Origin: Phoronis australis
Taxonomy: Eukaryota; Animalia; Phoronida
Assembly: GCA_002633005.1 (NCBI GenBank)
Contig: NMRA01000040.1
Location: 637,362-701,361 of the forward strand
Direction: 5' to 3'
Length of the DNA: 64,000 nucleotides
Part shown: one piece after another, positions 1 through 12,300 of the stretch
Layout: every line of letters begins with the position of its first letter
Position numbering within the stretch: the stretch's first letter is position 1
Translations under genes and position numbers: made by a program
The notes under the pieces: model-generated
What the model was told of the DNA's origin: nothing
Seen by the model: the letters and a program-made list of their open reading frames with translations, nothing else
The model's database searches: none

Positions 1-379
1 AATTACTATTGACAAAAATACATGAAAAACATCCAGTTTAATATGGTGCTCATGTAACAAGGGATGGCCACCTGCTACTTGTGATTGAGTGAAAAAATTC
101 TTATAATTGGAAAATGCATCATTTCGGATATTGGCGCTTGAGTGTAACGTGATCGAGTATAAAGTAGGCTGACCCTCCGAGTATGAAGCCCTAAAATATG
201 GTTTTCGAAGAGTTGGATGCATTTCAGGATGTGGCCACTGTCAGGAATGACAACTTTCATATTTAAAGTGTTGTCTCTTAAAGAAACGCCTTGTTATTAC
301 TTTCTCTGACATTTTAGTTGCTGTATAAAACAAGCAAAACAAATGTAAATTTGTTGTCAACTTTCAATCTTTCGACTAG

Positions 380-3300
380 CTCTTGATGATCATGGAGACC
401 AGGTTCAAGGATTCACATGGAAACAAGATGGCTGCCTAACCGCAACCACATGCAAGGATAAGAAGATCAGACTGTTTGATCCCAGGGCTGCACAGCCAAA
501 AATTCAGGTAATATGGATGTCTTTACCAATTGTCCTCAATAGCATAACAAGTTAATGGTCATATCGGGAAGTCTAACTGTGCATGACTGATTACCTGCCT
601 TCCGTTGTTTATGACCCCAAGTCTACTTGCCCTTTATTTGTTATTTGCCCCAAACAACATTGATGTGACCAAATGTACTCTGGCTACCCCATGGGCGAAA
701 GTAGTTCCAACTGGGTTTCAAGCAAGTGTTGGAATCTTGGAAGATAATTGATCCTTGTGTTGAAGTCACAGAAAATAGGCAACGTGGACCACTGAATCAA
801 TAGTGAAGAAAGATCTTATCAGATTTGCAGCACTGCTATTGTCTGGAATGTCCACTGAACAAGAGGAAGTTGTCGTAAAGTCACTGGTGGATCTGAGATA
901 TCACAAGGGTTCTTTATGTTTTTCACTGTGAAATTCATTGGAGACAAAATGAATGTGATCCATTTGATGAGTGCCAGTTTCTTCAAGTGGACTCGGCTTT
1001 AAGTAAAAAAGTTTAATGGTTCATTTTAGTAATGTACTGACAGAAGAGGAATTTAAAATTAAAACAATCTATTTTCTCTTGGAATGGGATTTAGAAACTA
1101 AATTGATTTGTCATTGAACATGATAATTTGAAAATTAACTTGAGTTTCATCAATGAATTTACCTTCATTTTCTCTACACCCCACCTATTGGTATCATTCT
1201 ATGACTAATGAATTTCACACTAATCTAATTTTGTTGATTGAAATAAATAATCATAAATGCTGCTTCAGTGACTTTATGTATTTTTCTTTCCAGGAGGGAG
1301 ATGGCCATGCCAATTTTAAAGACTCCAGGGTCACATGGCTTGGTACATCAGACATGTTACTTTCAACAGGCTTCACCCAGGTGAGTTAAAAGTTTTTCTT
1401 TGTTGTAATTCAGCAAATGCTGCAACAGATAATTGTATAAAAATTGAGAATGTTGACCGGAACTCTTTTGTGTAGCGAGAGCATAAAAGGGTCCTAACTG
1501 TAGGTGGCGCTGCAGGTTTCTGCGTGACACAGCCTACTTCAATGAGTTTTATTGCAAAATAAGTGTTGATTGGTTCCTCCTTTTATCTTCTCAGTTTGTT
1601 CATCCAGTAACATTAGAATCGGACTGATTCAATGACAATTTATGTCCTTCAGAGTCGATCTAGAGAAGTTCGTATCTGGGACTCCAAAAACTTTGGTTCG
1701 TCGTTATCCATTAAAGATATTGATTCTGGAACTAGGTAAGTCATCGGAGTTTGGGTGTACTCATGATGTTGTAAACACTGGCATAGTTGATTTAAGTTTC
1801 TGGATTTATCGGTCGATACGTACCATTCCTCTGGTCTTTTAAAACCAAGAAATTTCCAACATCAAGATCTGATCTAGAATCGCATTTGATCAAACATGAC
1901 ATACAAGCCTATTGTGTTGGTACACAGTGCTGTGGTAGTAAGCGGGTCAGAGATTACAGTCGCACAAAGGAATCGGCAATTGAAAGTTAAATCTGATTTC
2001 TCTGAAAGTCAATAATTTTTCTTCGTTCAAAATTTTTGGTTATAGTATTTCATAAAAAACATTTCTTTTTCACGACATTTATTGAATGTTGTATGTATTG
2101 ATATTTCTTAAATATTGGGTAGCATCAGGTTCACTGTTTTCAACATAATTAATGCATTACATGTCATTGAGCTTATCACAAGAACGAAGACAATGAGAAA
2201 GCTGGACTACATAAACATTGGTTTTCCAACTTTCTCCCCTTGCCATCATTGTCAAAGTCATAATGACTTGGCTGTAACCAGAGTTCCCAATCAGCGTAAT
2301 CAGGAAACTCACCCTACAGCAAAGGAGCGTAACGTTTTGACGCGATGTGTTTGACTAGTGGGTCATCATAACACGAGGGACCTGCTACAGGTGAAAATTC
2401 AATCCAAAACCTAATTACCTTGTTAACTGAAGCGCAATTATCATCCCAGTACTGGGGCCTGTTCCAAGAAACTTACTTAAGTTTATTTTTGACTTAAGTA
2501 TGAGATTTGTCTCAATTTCCAAACTTCGAAACTTCCACACCTGGTGAGTTAATCAAAATTTAGACAAAACTTAAAGTAAAAAACTTAAGTCAAAAACTTA
2601 AGTCAAACTTAAGATGTCTTTCTTGAAACAGACTTGAGATAAATTTTAGTTTTATGTTAAATTGATTGAAATTTAAGATTTATTTTAGCTAAGTCAGTTC
2701 TCTTTGAACAAGCCCCTGGGTTCCTCATGAGTTTTCCATTTGTTGAAATGACTAGTACATGAATTCTTTTTTCTTTATAATATTTACATTTTTTATTTAA
2801 TATTGAAATGATTAGTGTTAATTGCATGAAAAATAGGAGAGTTTGTATCTTTCAGAGATTGAAGGATGAGAATGTTCTTGTTAGTACAAATGAAAATTTG
2901 TCTTAAATTATTGAGTCAACACAAAAAGCTAGACAGTGTAATAAAATATATGAAGTCTAGTGACTCGGAAGAATGCAAGCTCTGTTGTAACTGGCATCTG
3001 AATATTAATTTACTTTCAACTCTATTAATTCATTTAAATTTAAAGTTTTTTCAGAGTCATCATACCTCCTGTATTAAATTATTTTAAATTATTATTTTTA
3101 ACTGAGTTAATTTTGATTATTTTTTTCAGTGTCCTTGTACCTCTTTATGACCCGGATTCACGAATGATATTCTTGGCTGCAAAGGTAATACTTTGTACTC
3201 TTAGTGTTTATCAGTAAATTTCCACTGATGATTAGTTAACAGTTTGTAACAAAATTCTCTCAATTATGAAAATCTATACCCTGTAAAGTGTTTACATTCT

Positions 3301-6300
3301 TGAGTTATTTGTAGCCTTAAGGGCAAAGTGCCCATAGCTTTCCCTACCTTGAAAATTGGCATTTTGAACCGACCCTGTTGTACACCACTTTGGAAATTAA
3401 TGTTTATGCAGCTGATGTTTTCAAAATATGCACTTTTTATTAGCTGCCCATAAGAAGACATATTGACATAACAAATGGTTTTGTTAGAAAAAATTGCAGA
3501 GATTTACTGATGAGATTGTGATCAGACTCCACCTTACTCACGTGTGAGGTAATTCGCTGTTGTACTCTGTCCAAAGTGAAATTTGTGTGGAGTGAAACAA
3601 ACCTAACTTACTTAACATTTTCTTTTTACACTGTCCATTTAAGACACTTATTTTTATCACTGGCAAATGAGATAACTCATAGTTAACCCTAGTCCAACTG
3701 TGAAATAGGAGCATTTTACTCTAATTTGCTTAAAACTTGTTTGATATTTATTCTTGTGGCACTGTCAAACTAAGGCACATTTAGTAGTTAAATTGTCTGC
3801 ATTCATATTACCCAGGGCGACACGAGCCTGCGGTTCTGCGAAATAACGGACAACAGTCCTTACATAACAGATGGCGCTTGCGATAACCTGATGCAGATGA
3901 TGGGCACTTGCTTGATCCCGAAGAGGTCTGTAGACGTGATGAAAGGAGAGGTGAACCGGGTGCTGTTGTTATGCAAGGACAAGGTGGTACCCTGTCCCTA
4001 CATTGTACCCAGGAAGGTGAGGAGGAGCTGGAAAAGGGAGGTTGGAGTCTCTCTTGAACTAATCCGTGTTATTTTAGATATATTAGGGTTTTCAGATTGC
4101 TCAATAAGTATTTCAACAGTGAATGAAAACACGATTTTATAAGTCAAATCTAGGATAGTGTGATAAATGTTACAAGTGAAGTAGCCTTTTGAATTAATGT
4201 TTATACTATGGTTGGACAGGAGCTTACAAGTGATTTTTTGGCTTGAAAAACAACTTCGTTCTTTTTTTAAAGTTGACCATGTTTGACTCGCCTTTGGAAC
4301 TTTTTGGACATTGTTTGGAATAAACTCGAATATTATTAATAGTGCTTTGTTCCAGTGACAAGCTTATTCAAGAGACTAATACTGAAGGGTTTGTTTTCTG
4401 AAAGCTGGAGCATTATTGTGGAGTGGCGACTCTTTTAGTTCGTTTAAGTTATGCTTTCAATTGTAGAACTACCGTGAATTCCATGCCGACATTTTCCCCG
4501 ATACATTCTCTGGTGAGGCGGCCATGACTGCTAAAGAATGGATAAATGGAGAGAACAAACCAGTAAGACAGTTCATTATTTGGTTTGATGAATTCTGAAT
4601 CATTGTCTTGGAGGTTTAAGTTAATTGTAGAAAAATATCATCTCCATGCATGTTTTGTGTGTAACGATGAAGGTTTTTTGTGTGATAGTCATGAAAAGAT
4701 CAATAAATGAATAATCGAATACAGGTCAGAATTTGCAAACATATTTTGAAACTCAGGTTTTACTATAAGTGTTTTTGCATCTCCTGACATGGAGTTCTTC
4801 CTGAAATTTCCAAAAAAATTTGTAAGTAAAATGAAATTGTTTGTAAGGAAATCACCTTCATAATTATACTGTGCAGTTGGTCCTGGTCTTGTAGAATTGA
4901 ATGCTACAAGTGAGTGAAATGCGCTTTGACTGTAACAGAATAATTTTACTGATGCATTGACCATTTGTGACTTTTGTCCTCCACAGTTCACCATGTGCAG
5001 CTTAAATCCTGCTGAAGCTGCTGGCAAAATAAAACCATCAAAGCCCTTCATGTCAGCCGCTGCGCCCACAACAGGTCCAGTGTCTGCCAGTACCATCGAG
5101 AACGGCAGCGGCGCGGCCAGTGAACCGCAAAAGCCATTGGTGGCACCAATCAAACATGAACCCACAGAGTCACCCGCACAAACACCATCACAAGTTCCTC
5201 ATAACATCAAAGATCGTATCGGCAAAGCAGAACATCTGTTTGATGGTGTAGAGCACGACTCCGCCTCTGTGTCGGACACACAACCTATCCAGTTTCCACA
5301 CGTCAAAGATAAAATTGGCCGAGCGGAACACCTTTTTGATGGACATTCAAGGGAGAGTGCAAAGCCAAAGCCACCCCTGACGGTTGATGTCACGCAAACA
5401 AGCGATGTCGACCCTAACGTTCCTTTAAAGGTCTCGACTTTGACGATTGGGAGTCCAGAAGCAAACAAAGTACGTGATCGTCATTGACTTGTGTACTTAA
5501 ACCTGACTTGAGCCCAAGTCATGCTTTTATTTAAACATGACTTGATCTTAATAAATAAATATTTAAAATAAAACCCTTTATTTATTCAAGCGTGGGTTTA
5601 AGTTATTTCATTGGAAAATAATTATTGAAGATACCTTTTCATCTAGGCTTAACAAACATAATAAAGAAAACAGAGAGTTGAGCATTGGATAAGCAATTTC
5701 ATTTTTCATTTTCTTCAATTTTAGTTCTGATCTGTTAATTTTTTTAAATGTAGCGCTCACCATTGAAAATTTCTTGTTATTAGCAGCAATCATTTGGTCG
5801 TCTGCGATCATTCAGCACAGAGGAGGAGCCAACATTGTCCTCGCCTCCTGGGACGGAAGTAGCCAATGGGGAGAAGCCACATCATCAGATTAAAGTGGTG
5901 ACTCATGATGCACCAGTTGCCAGGAGAGAAAAGAAAAGACCTGTTTTCAAAGGCATGTAACAGAAACAGAGAGTCTTTCCTTAAGTCGAACTGGTAATTT
6001 GTTGGCCATGTGCATAATTTGGGTGGAATTTGTTTCATCTGTTCTTAAAGGTGTTATTCAATATCAAACATAGCTCTGCTCATGGCTGACTAACACTACT
6101 CTCATGAGAATTTGATGATATTGAAAACTTGCTATAGATAATTAGGGTGCTGGAAGGAGAAAGTGCTCAGTGATTGGACTTAGTACAGGGTGTGCCATAA
6201 GTGTTCTCGAACATTATGAATATCAGGAAATGGTTTTGTTGAGAACTAGTGACATTTTTGTTATTAAAGAATTAGTTTCATTTGCACGGCATAAACGTTG

Positions 6301-9300
6301 GGAAAAATGCCACAATCGACTCTAATTTAGAAAACAAAAAATTTTGTATTGTGGCATTTAATACAATGAACAGAGTGGGTCCAGTGAAGGCCTAGGTATT
6401 GATCATTTTTCAACACGGTTGTGGCGCCATGTGAGAGGTTAATTGGAAGAATTGCTGCTAAGGTTTGTTCAGTGAGAACTGTGTGAAATTTGAACCAAGT
6501 ACTACACAGATGCGGGAGAAATGCTCGCTCTGCGGAGAATGAGATAGGTGAAAGAGGATCATTTTTGAAGGTCTGAAAAAACACATTCGTCATTTTTCTG
6601 CAATGTCGAATATTTTCCTAATTTCAATATTTTTAAAAACAAATTTTATTGGTTCCTGTAATACGAAAAACAATGGCTATTTGTTCCCATTAAACCCATT
6701 TCTTGTTTCTTGGAATTCAGAGAATTGTGTGAATATTTTGGGACACTCCTACTCTATGGTTGGACCTTGCATGCTGTTGTGGTCAGAGGTCACAGCCTGG
6801 AGATGAACTCTGTAAAGCCATTGTGTTTGAGACTTGGGAATTGATTGGTCTGAATCTGTGAACGTAACAAAGTATCAAATCGTGATGTGAAAACGTAGTA
6901 GTAAGTATGTATCAATCATTGATATATTTTTTTTGTTTTTAAGGTGTCAGAGTATCAAAGTGCCGCCACCTGAAGGGAACACCGCTACACAAGAGTAACA
7001 ATATAGAGAACATCCGTAACCTTAGCAACAGTATGCCAGGCGAATGTGACTTGTTTCACGTCAATAGAAAACGCTTTGCTGTACCGCTGAAAGGAGCTGG
7101 AGGCCTGGTGGGGGTCTATGAGGTAACTTAATATCTAACTGGGGACTGAGTTTGAGATTAAAGGTTAAAAGTAAATTATTGCTGTCATTCATAATATTTA
7201 TAGAAAGAGCTGAAGATATCACCTGTCCCCTTCTTTGTTCGGAAAATTTGTAAATTTTGAGCTCTTTATTACAAGTGGTCCTATTTTGAAATATTTTCTC
7301 ATATCATTTTAGGAGCTAGTGGTTGTGAAATTAATGTTTGTATTAATTATGCTACATTTATTATTGTAACAATTAGAATAGTTTGTCTTCTATATGGTGG
7401 TATTAAAATTGTGTGAATATTTGTAAGCGTTTGTTGTATTATGGTTTACTAAATGCAAAGTTCAGAACAATCATTGTATGCAAGAAGAATTACAAGAGAC
7501 ATTTTCACCATTCCTAGCTGTCCAAACCTGGCAGACTCCCAGACATGGGTGTGCCCCACATTCAAAACGGCAGCAAGGTGTACGACTTCACCTGGGATCC
7601 CTTTGACCCGTGTCGTCTGGCTACGTGTTGTGAAGACGGAGCAATACGTGTCTGGCAGATTCCTGAAGAGGGCCTCGTTGAGTCCCTCACTAACCCTTCG
7701 ATAACGCTGAGAGGTAAATGACGCGTAGTGAAGTGATCGTCTTCTAGTTCATGTTGTATTTATGGCAACTCGCCAAAAATTGTAATCAGTGGCATTGGTT
7801 GGTGCCATAAAGGTGTCTTCTTGTTACACACATACGCGCCATGCTGGTACTCCTAATTTCTTGCTTTCCTTATTTACATTGATGTTGTAATGAATGTAAA
7901 GTTCTCCATGATAGCAAGTAACAGCATATGTTCACGAAAACAACAACGGATTTAAAACTTGACATGTTTCGGTGTCATTTATTAAACACCATCCTCAGAA
8001 GTCATAATACAGTGGCCACCTAGCTAGGCTATGGGTCTACGGTCCAAGGTTGTATACAAATTTATCTGTGCTGGATGTGGCTCCAGTTATATAGGCGAAA
8101 CTGTTCGCCATTTGAAAACCAGGACCAAGGAACATCTAAATTCTGACAGTAATTCACATGTAAATATTCACCTGCAGAGCTCCAATCATTGTTATCAGCA
8201 GTGCTCTTTCAATGACTTTGCAATAATAGACCAGGCAGTAACAACAAAGGAGCTTAAAATTCGTGAGGCTTTACATATCAGTTGGTGCAAGCCCAATCTC
8301 AATAGGCAACTGACACACCACAGGTTGTCATTGTTGGTATAGTTCACTGTCACTCCCTGTAACTGACTGTATCTGTGCTTCATTACTTGTTGCTGGGCCT
8401 AGCTAGGTGGCCACTGTATTATGACTTCTGAGGATGGTGTTTAATAAATGACACCGAAACATGTCAAGTTTTAAATCCGTTGTTGTTTTCGTGAAGAATG
8501 TAAAGTTATGTCTAAAACTAGTTGAGTGACATGGTTTGTACGCATGCTCAATCAGTTCATGATGGAATGAGTCTGCAGACAGTCACTGAGTGCAATAGCC
8601 GCTCATAGCTTCACACTGAATCATGCAACTGACCGACATATTGGAAACAGAAAATACCATGGCTAGACTTGAGGATCCGGGGTGTGGTGAAACTGAATCA
8701 ATGCTTTTAGGATGTGGTGAGAGGTCGTATTTCGTATTATTGTGCATACGTGAATTTTTTAGGACATGATGACAAGCTCTACTTCACAAGATTCCACCCC
8801 TTGGCAAAAGATGTCCTCACCTCTGCATCACATGACATGCAGATTATTGTCTGGAACTTAGACTCGGCCATTCCACAGATCACATGCACCGGACACACAG
8901 ACGTAGTGAGAACTTGGCACATTGTTTTGAAAAAGTCTCATCGCAGTAACTGATAGCTAGTATAGTTGCTCAGTGGCTTAAGACATAATTAAGACTGAAA
9001 TTTGGCCTTACACTCTCACTTCACTTAAACTCTTAGTTTTTTCATTTTTTTTGACAAATGATCTTGTGTTTACTTTTTTCATAATGAGAATTTTCTGAAG
9101 TGAAATTTAATCAGCCCCTAATTTTTTGTGTTAGTATGGTCAATTTTTAAAGAATTCCCCTTAAGACACTTTGTCCTGGTTCTGTTTCAGATATTTTGCT
9201 TGTCCTGGAGTCAGGATGGCACCAAGTTTGCAACTGTGTGTAAAGATGGCAAAATCAGGATCTATGCACCCAGGGAGTCACCAGAACCTGTACTGGTAAA

Positions 9301-12300
9301 TATCAGATTCTTTACTATTCTGTTCCTCAGCAAGTAGGAGTTTCTGTTGTATAGACGTTTTCTAAAGCAGCAGTTTTTAGTCTTTTTAGAAGGTGCCTTC
9401 AAGTTGTTATTTTCTCACTAGGGATTGGTCATTAACATTCTAAATTAAAAGCTGCTCAAAGCAATTAATCTATCTCCATCGTTGTTGATGACGATGACTG
9501 AAACTCAATGTTTCACAGCCAGCGGTTGTTGCATACCTTTACACAGGTGGGAGACCTGACCAATATTATTGCTCATTTCCTTACCTGGTATTCTGTTGAG
9601 CTTCCACGATTTGAAATTTAGTAGTAATTTAAAACTTTTATTTGTTTATGACGGAATCATTTGTATTTGGAAAGCTCTGTTCAGAAAGTCACATAGGACA
9701 CTCCAATTAAAAGAACTGGACAAAAAATTCTTCTGTTGCTCTGACAGGGATAACTCCATTTTACAGCTAAATTGAGCAATCAGTAGGACAAAACTTCCAC
9801 TATGCTAACACTCTGGTAAATTCCTGTTCCTTCTCAAGGTGGAGACGGAAGGCTACAGAACTATTCTGCTTGCAGCCAATCATCATTAAGAGGCATTTAT
9901 TTTGTCAGCGGAATACTTTTAGCGTCTACTGAGCAAAACCCCTCTCTGTGAGATGTGTTTATTTTTGAAACTGCAAATGTTCAAAAATTTTAAAAATTCT
10001 TTTCATCTAGGAAGGCCCAGGGCCAGACGGCGTTCGTGGAGCTCGGATAGTTTGGGCACTTAATGATACTTACCTGGTGGTAACTGGCTTTGACAGGTAA
10101 ACTGTTGACAAGCAGTTTCTGCACAATTGCGTACTGTTTACTCATGTCACCTATGTCACTATGTGCCTGTTGGCAGCCCAGCGAGATGGCAGGGAATGGG
10201 GTAATTGAAACTTGCATTTCATTAATTGGGTTTTGGCTTGAATTTTCACCTGTACTAGGTCCATCGTGTGGTGTTGTGAGCAATATTATCAGTAGTGTTG
10301 TGAGCATTGTTGTTTATGGTATTTCTGCCTTCTTCATATTAATCATGCTTCATTTTTAGTCAATTTCACCAAGTGATGCTCTGTCAAAGCTCTTTCATAA
10401 GGTTAAGAATATTTTTTTGGTTTTCATCGTATGCAATTCTTTAAGAGAAGAGCACAATATAATTATGAAAGATTTCTGGTTTTACTGAATTCTTTTATGG
10501 TCAGAAATGGTCACTATAGTTTCTGACGTATTTCAAAGTTAAGGGCACAGGTTGATATTTACAACTAAGATTATCCTGTGTGGTACAGTGCGTGCCTAAA
10601 ATAATCTTACTAAATGACCCGGAATTCCCTGTTGTGAGTTCCCCATCATGGTAGCTGAGCGCAAGGTGATTTCAGCATTAGGGGATCTGAGAGGAAGTTG
10701 AATTCCCCGTCAGAATATCTATGATGACCCATAATGACGGATGAATCGTAGTTTGTCTACTTTTGGTTCGTTTCAATCCAATTGCTAACTTAAAGAATCT
10801 GATAAAATATCATCTAATTTGCATTTAATTGTCATCTAAAGTGCATGTGTTTTCAGGCAGAGTCATCGATTATTACTTGTCTATGACGCTGGCGATTTAT
10901 CAGCGGCAATTACGACGGAGTTTCTGGACGTGTCACCATCAATCTTGATACCGTTTTATGACGAAGACACGTCAACCTTATTTGTTACAGGAAGAGTAAG
11001 TTTATATCTTAAACATATTTAGTTAACAGGCTCCCTGCACCTTTCCCTACTCTAATCATTGCTATTGTGGACTGTGGAGTCTTGTGCATTTAGAATTTGT
11101 TCTCTTTATAATCATGTCTCCTTGCTCGTTTAGTATGCATGTGCGGGTGTATATATGCTTGTCTGCATACAGGTGTGTGTGTGTAATGTATGGAGGCGTG
11201 CACGTGCTTGTGGGCGTGGCTTGTTTATCGTGTGTCTGGTTGCATGTGGCAGATTTTCGCCATGTATGTTACTCTGTGGTGACGTTTTCTTGCTTGCTTG
11301 TTTGCTCACAGGAGAATGCATTTTTCGTCCGATCAAAATGAAATTAATATTCAACATGAACATATCACAAAATTCAAGGCCTGATTTTGGTCAAATTTGG
11401 ACACAAGATGGCGCTGTACTGTGGTGTTCATTATCTCTTTAAGGAGCCACAGCTTCACTTCAATGAGGAGAGATTTTTCGGAAATTTGGAATGTAGGGCG
11501 ATCTCACCGAGTGCTACAAGCCAATGTCATTGTTTTTGTTGCAATTTACCTTTTTTTTTATAGAGTTTTTTTAGATATTCTGACGTGTTACCTTTTATTG
11601 TCTGATTCTGTGCTGTATTTGTGCTGCTGCACCATTTACTGTACACTCGTGCCTGTGTTTCTTAGGCATTTTTCATCACTGTTCATCAGCTTAATCTTCA
11701 TTGTCGCCATAGAGACTGCGATGTGTCTGTGACGTGCGACATTTCTCTTAGGCTACATTACTTGTTCTATTGTCTTGAAATTCACATGTCTCGTCGATCG
11801 CTCAAAGCCTATTGACTCAGTGTGAAGTTGTCAGAATCTAAAATTTTTCCATGTGTTACTCTCTCGAGTGCAAACATTTATAATTAATATACTGTTTCAA
11901 CATTAACTTATTATTCAAGTTATTTAAAGACATGTAACTTCCTTTTTCGAATCCTCTGATGTTATGTTGCATTTTTTTGGTTAATTAATCTATACAGTCA
12001 ATTGAAAACATAAATCGTATGGGTTTTTAGGTTCATAGTTATTATTTATTCCTTTGAAAATTTCTATGGTAGACTTGACCACAATGCATTTTGACAGCTA
12101 AATCATGTTTTATTCATTCAAAGTTCCTTCTTCATTCAACTACTGCATGCATTCACTGATGGCTTCTGCACTCTTATGGCTTCATTTTTGTTTGTGCGCG
12201 TCCACCACAAATCTGCTTAAATCGTGATAAGCCATGATACCATTTGTTGCCAGGGTGACGGCACGGTGTTTGCGTTCGAAGTCTCCGAGGAGCACCCCCA

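Larger units (their letters stand above)
7904..8495 (+). mobile_element. Penelope-like element (PLE), 5'-truncated, with inverted pseudo-LTRs; young insertion in CORO7 intron
   Basis: Perfect 99-bp inverted repeats 7931-8029 and 8397-8495, each containing a hammerhead motif. GIY-YIG ORF between them. Extra 27 bp at 7904-7930. 12-bp direct repeat GAATGTAAAGTT at 7892-7903 and 8496-8507 (TSD). Confidence 0.92.

Noticed and set aside
4689-5468. Minus-strand ORFs of 158 and 89 aa
   Set aside because: Antisense shadows of CORO7 exon 4987-5469.
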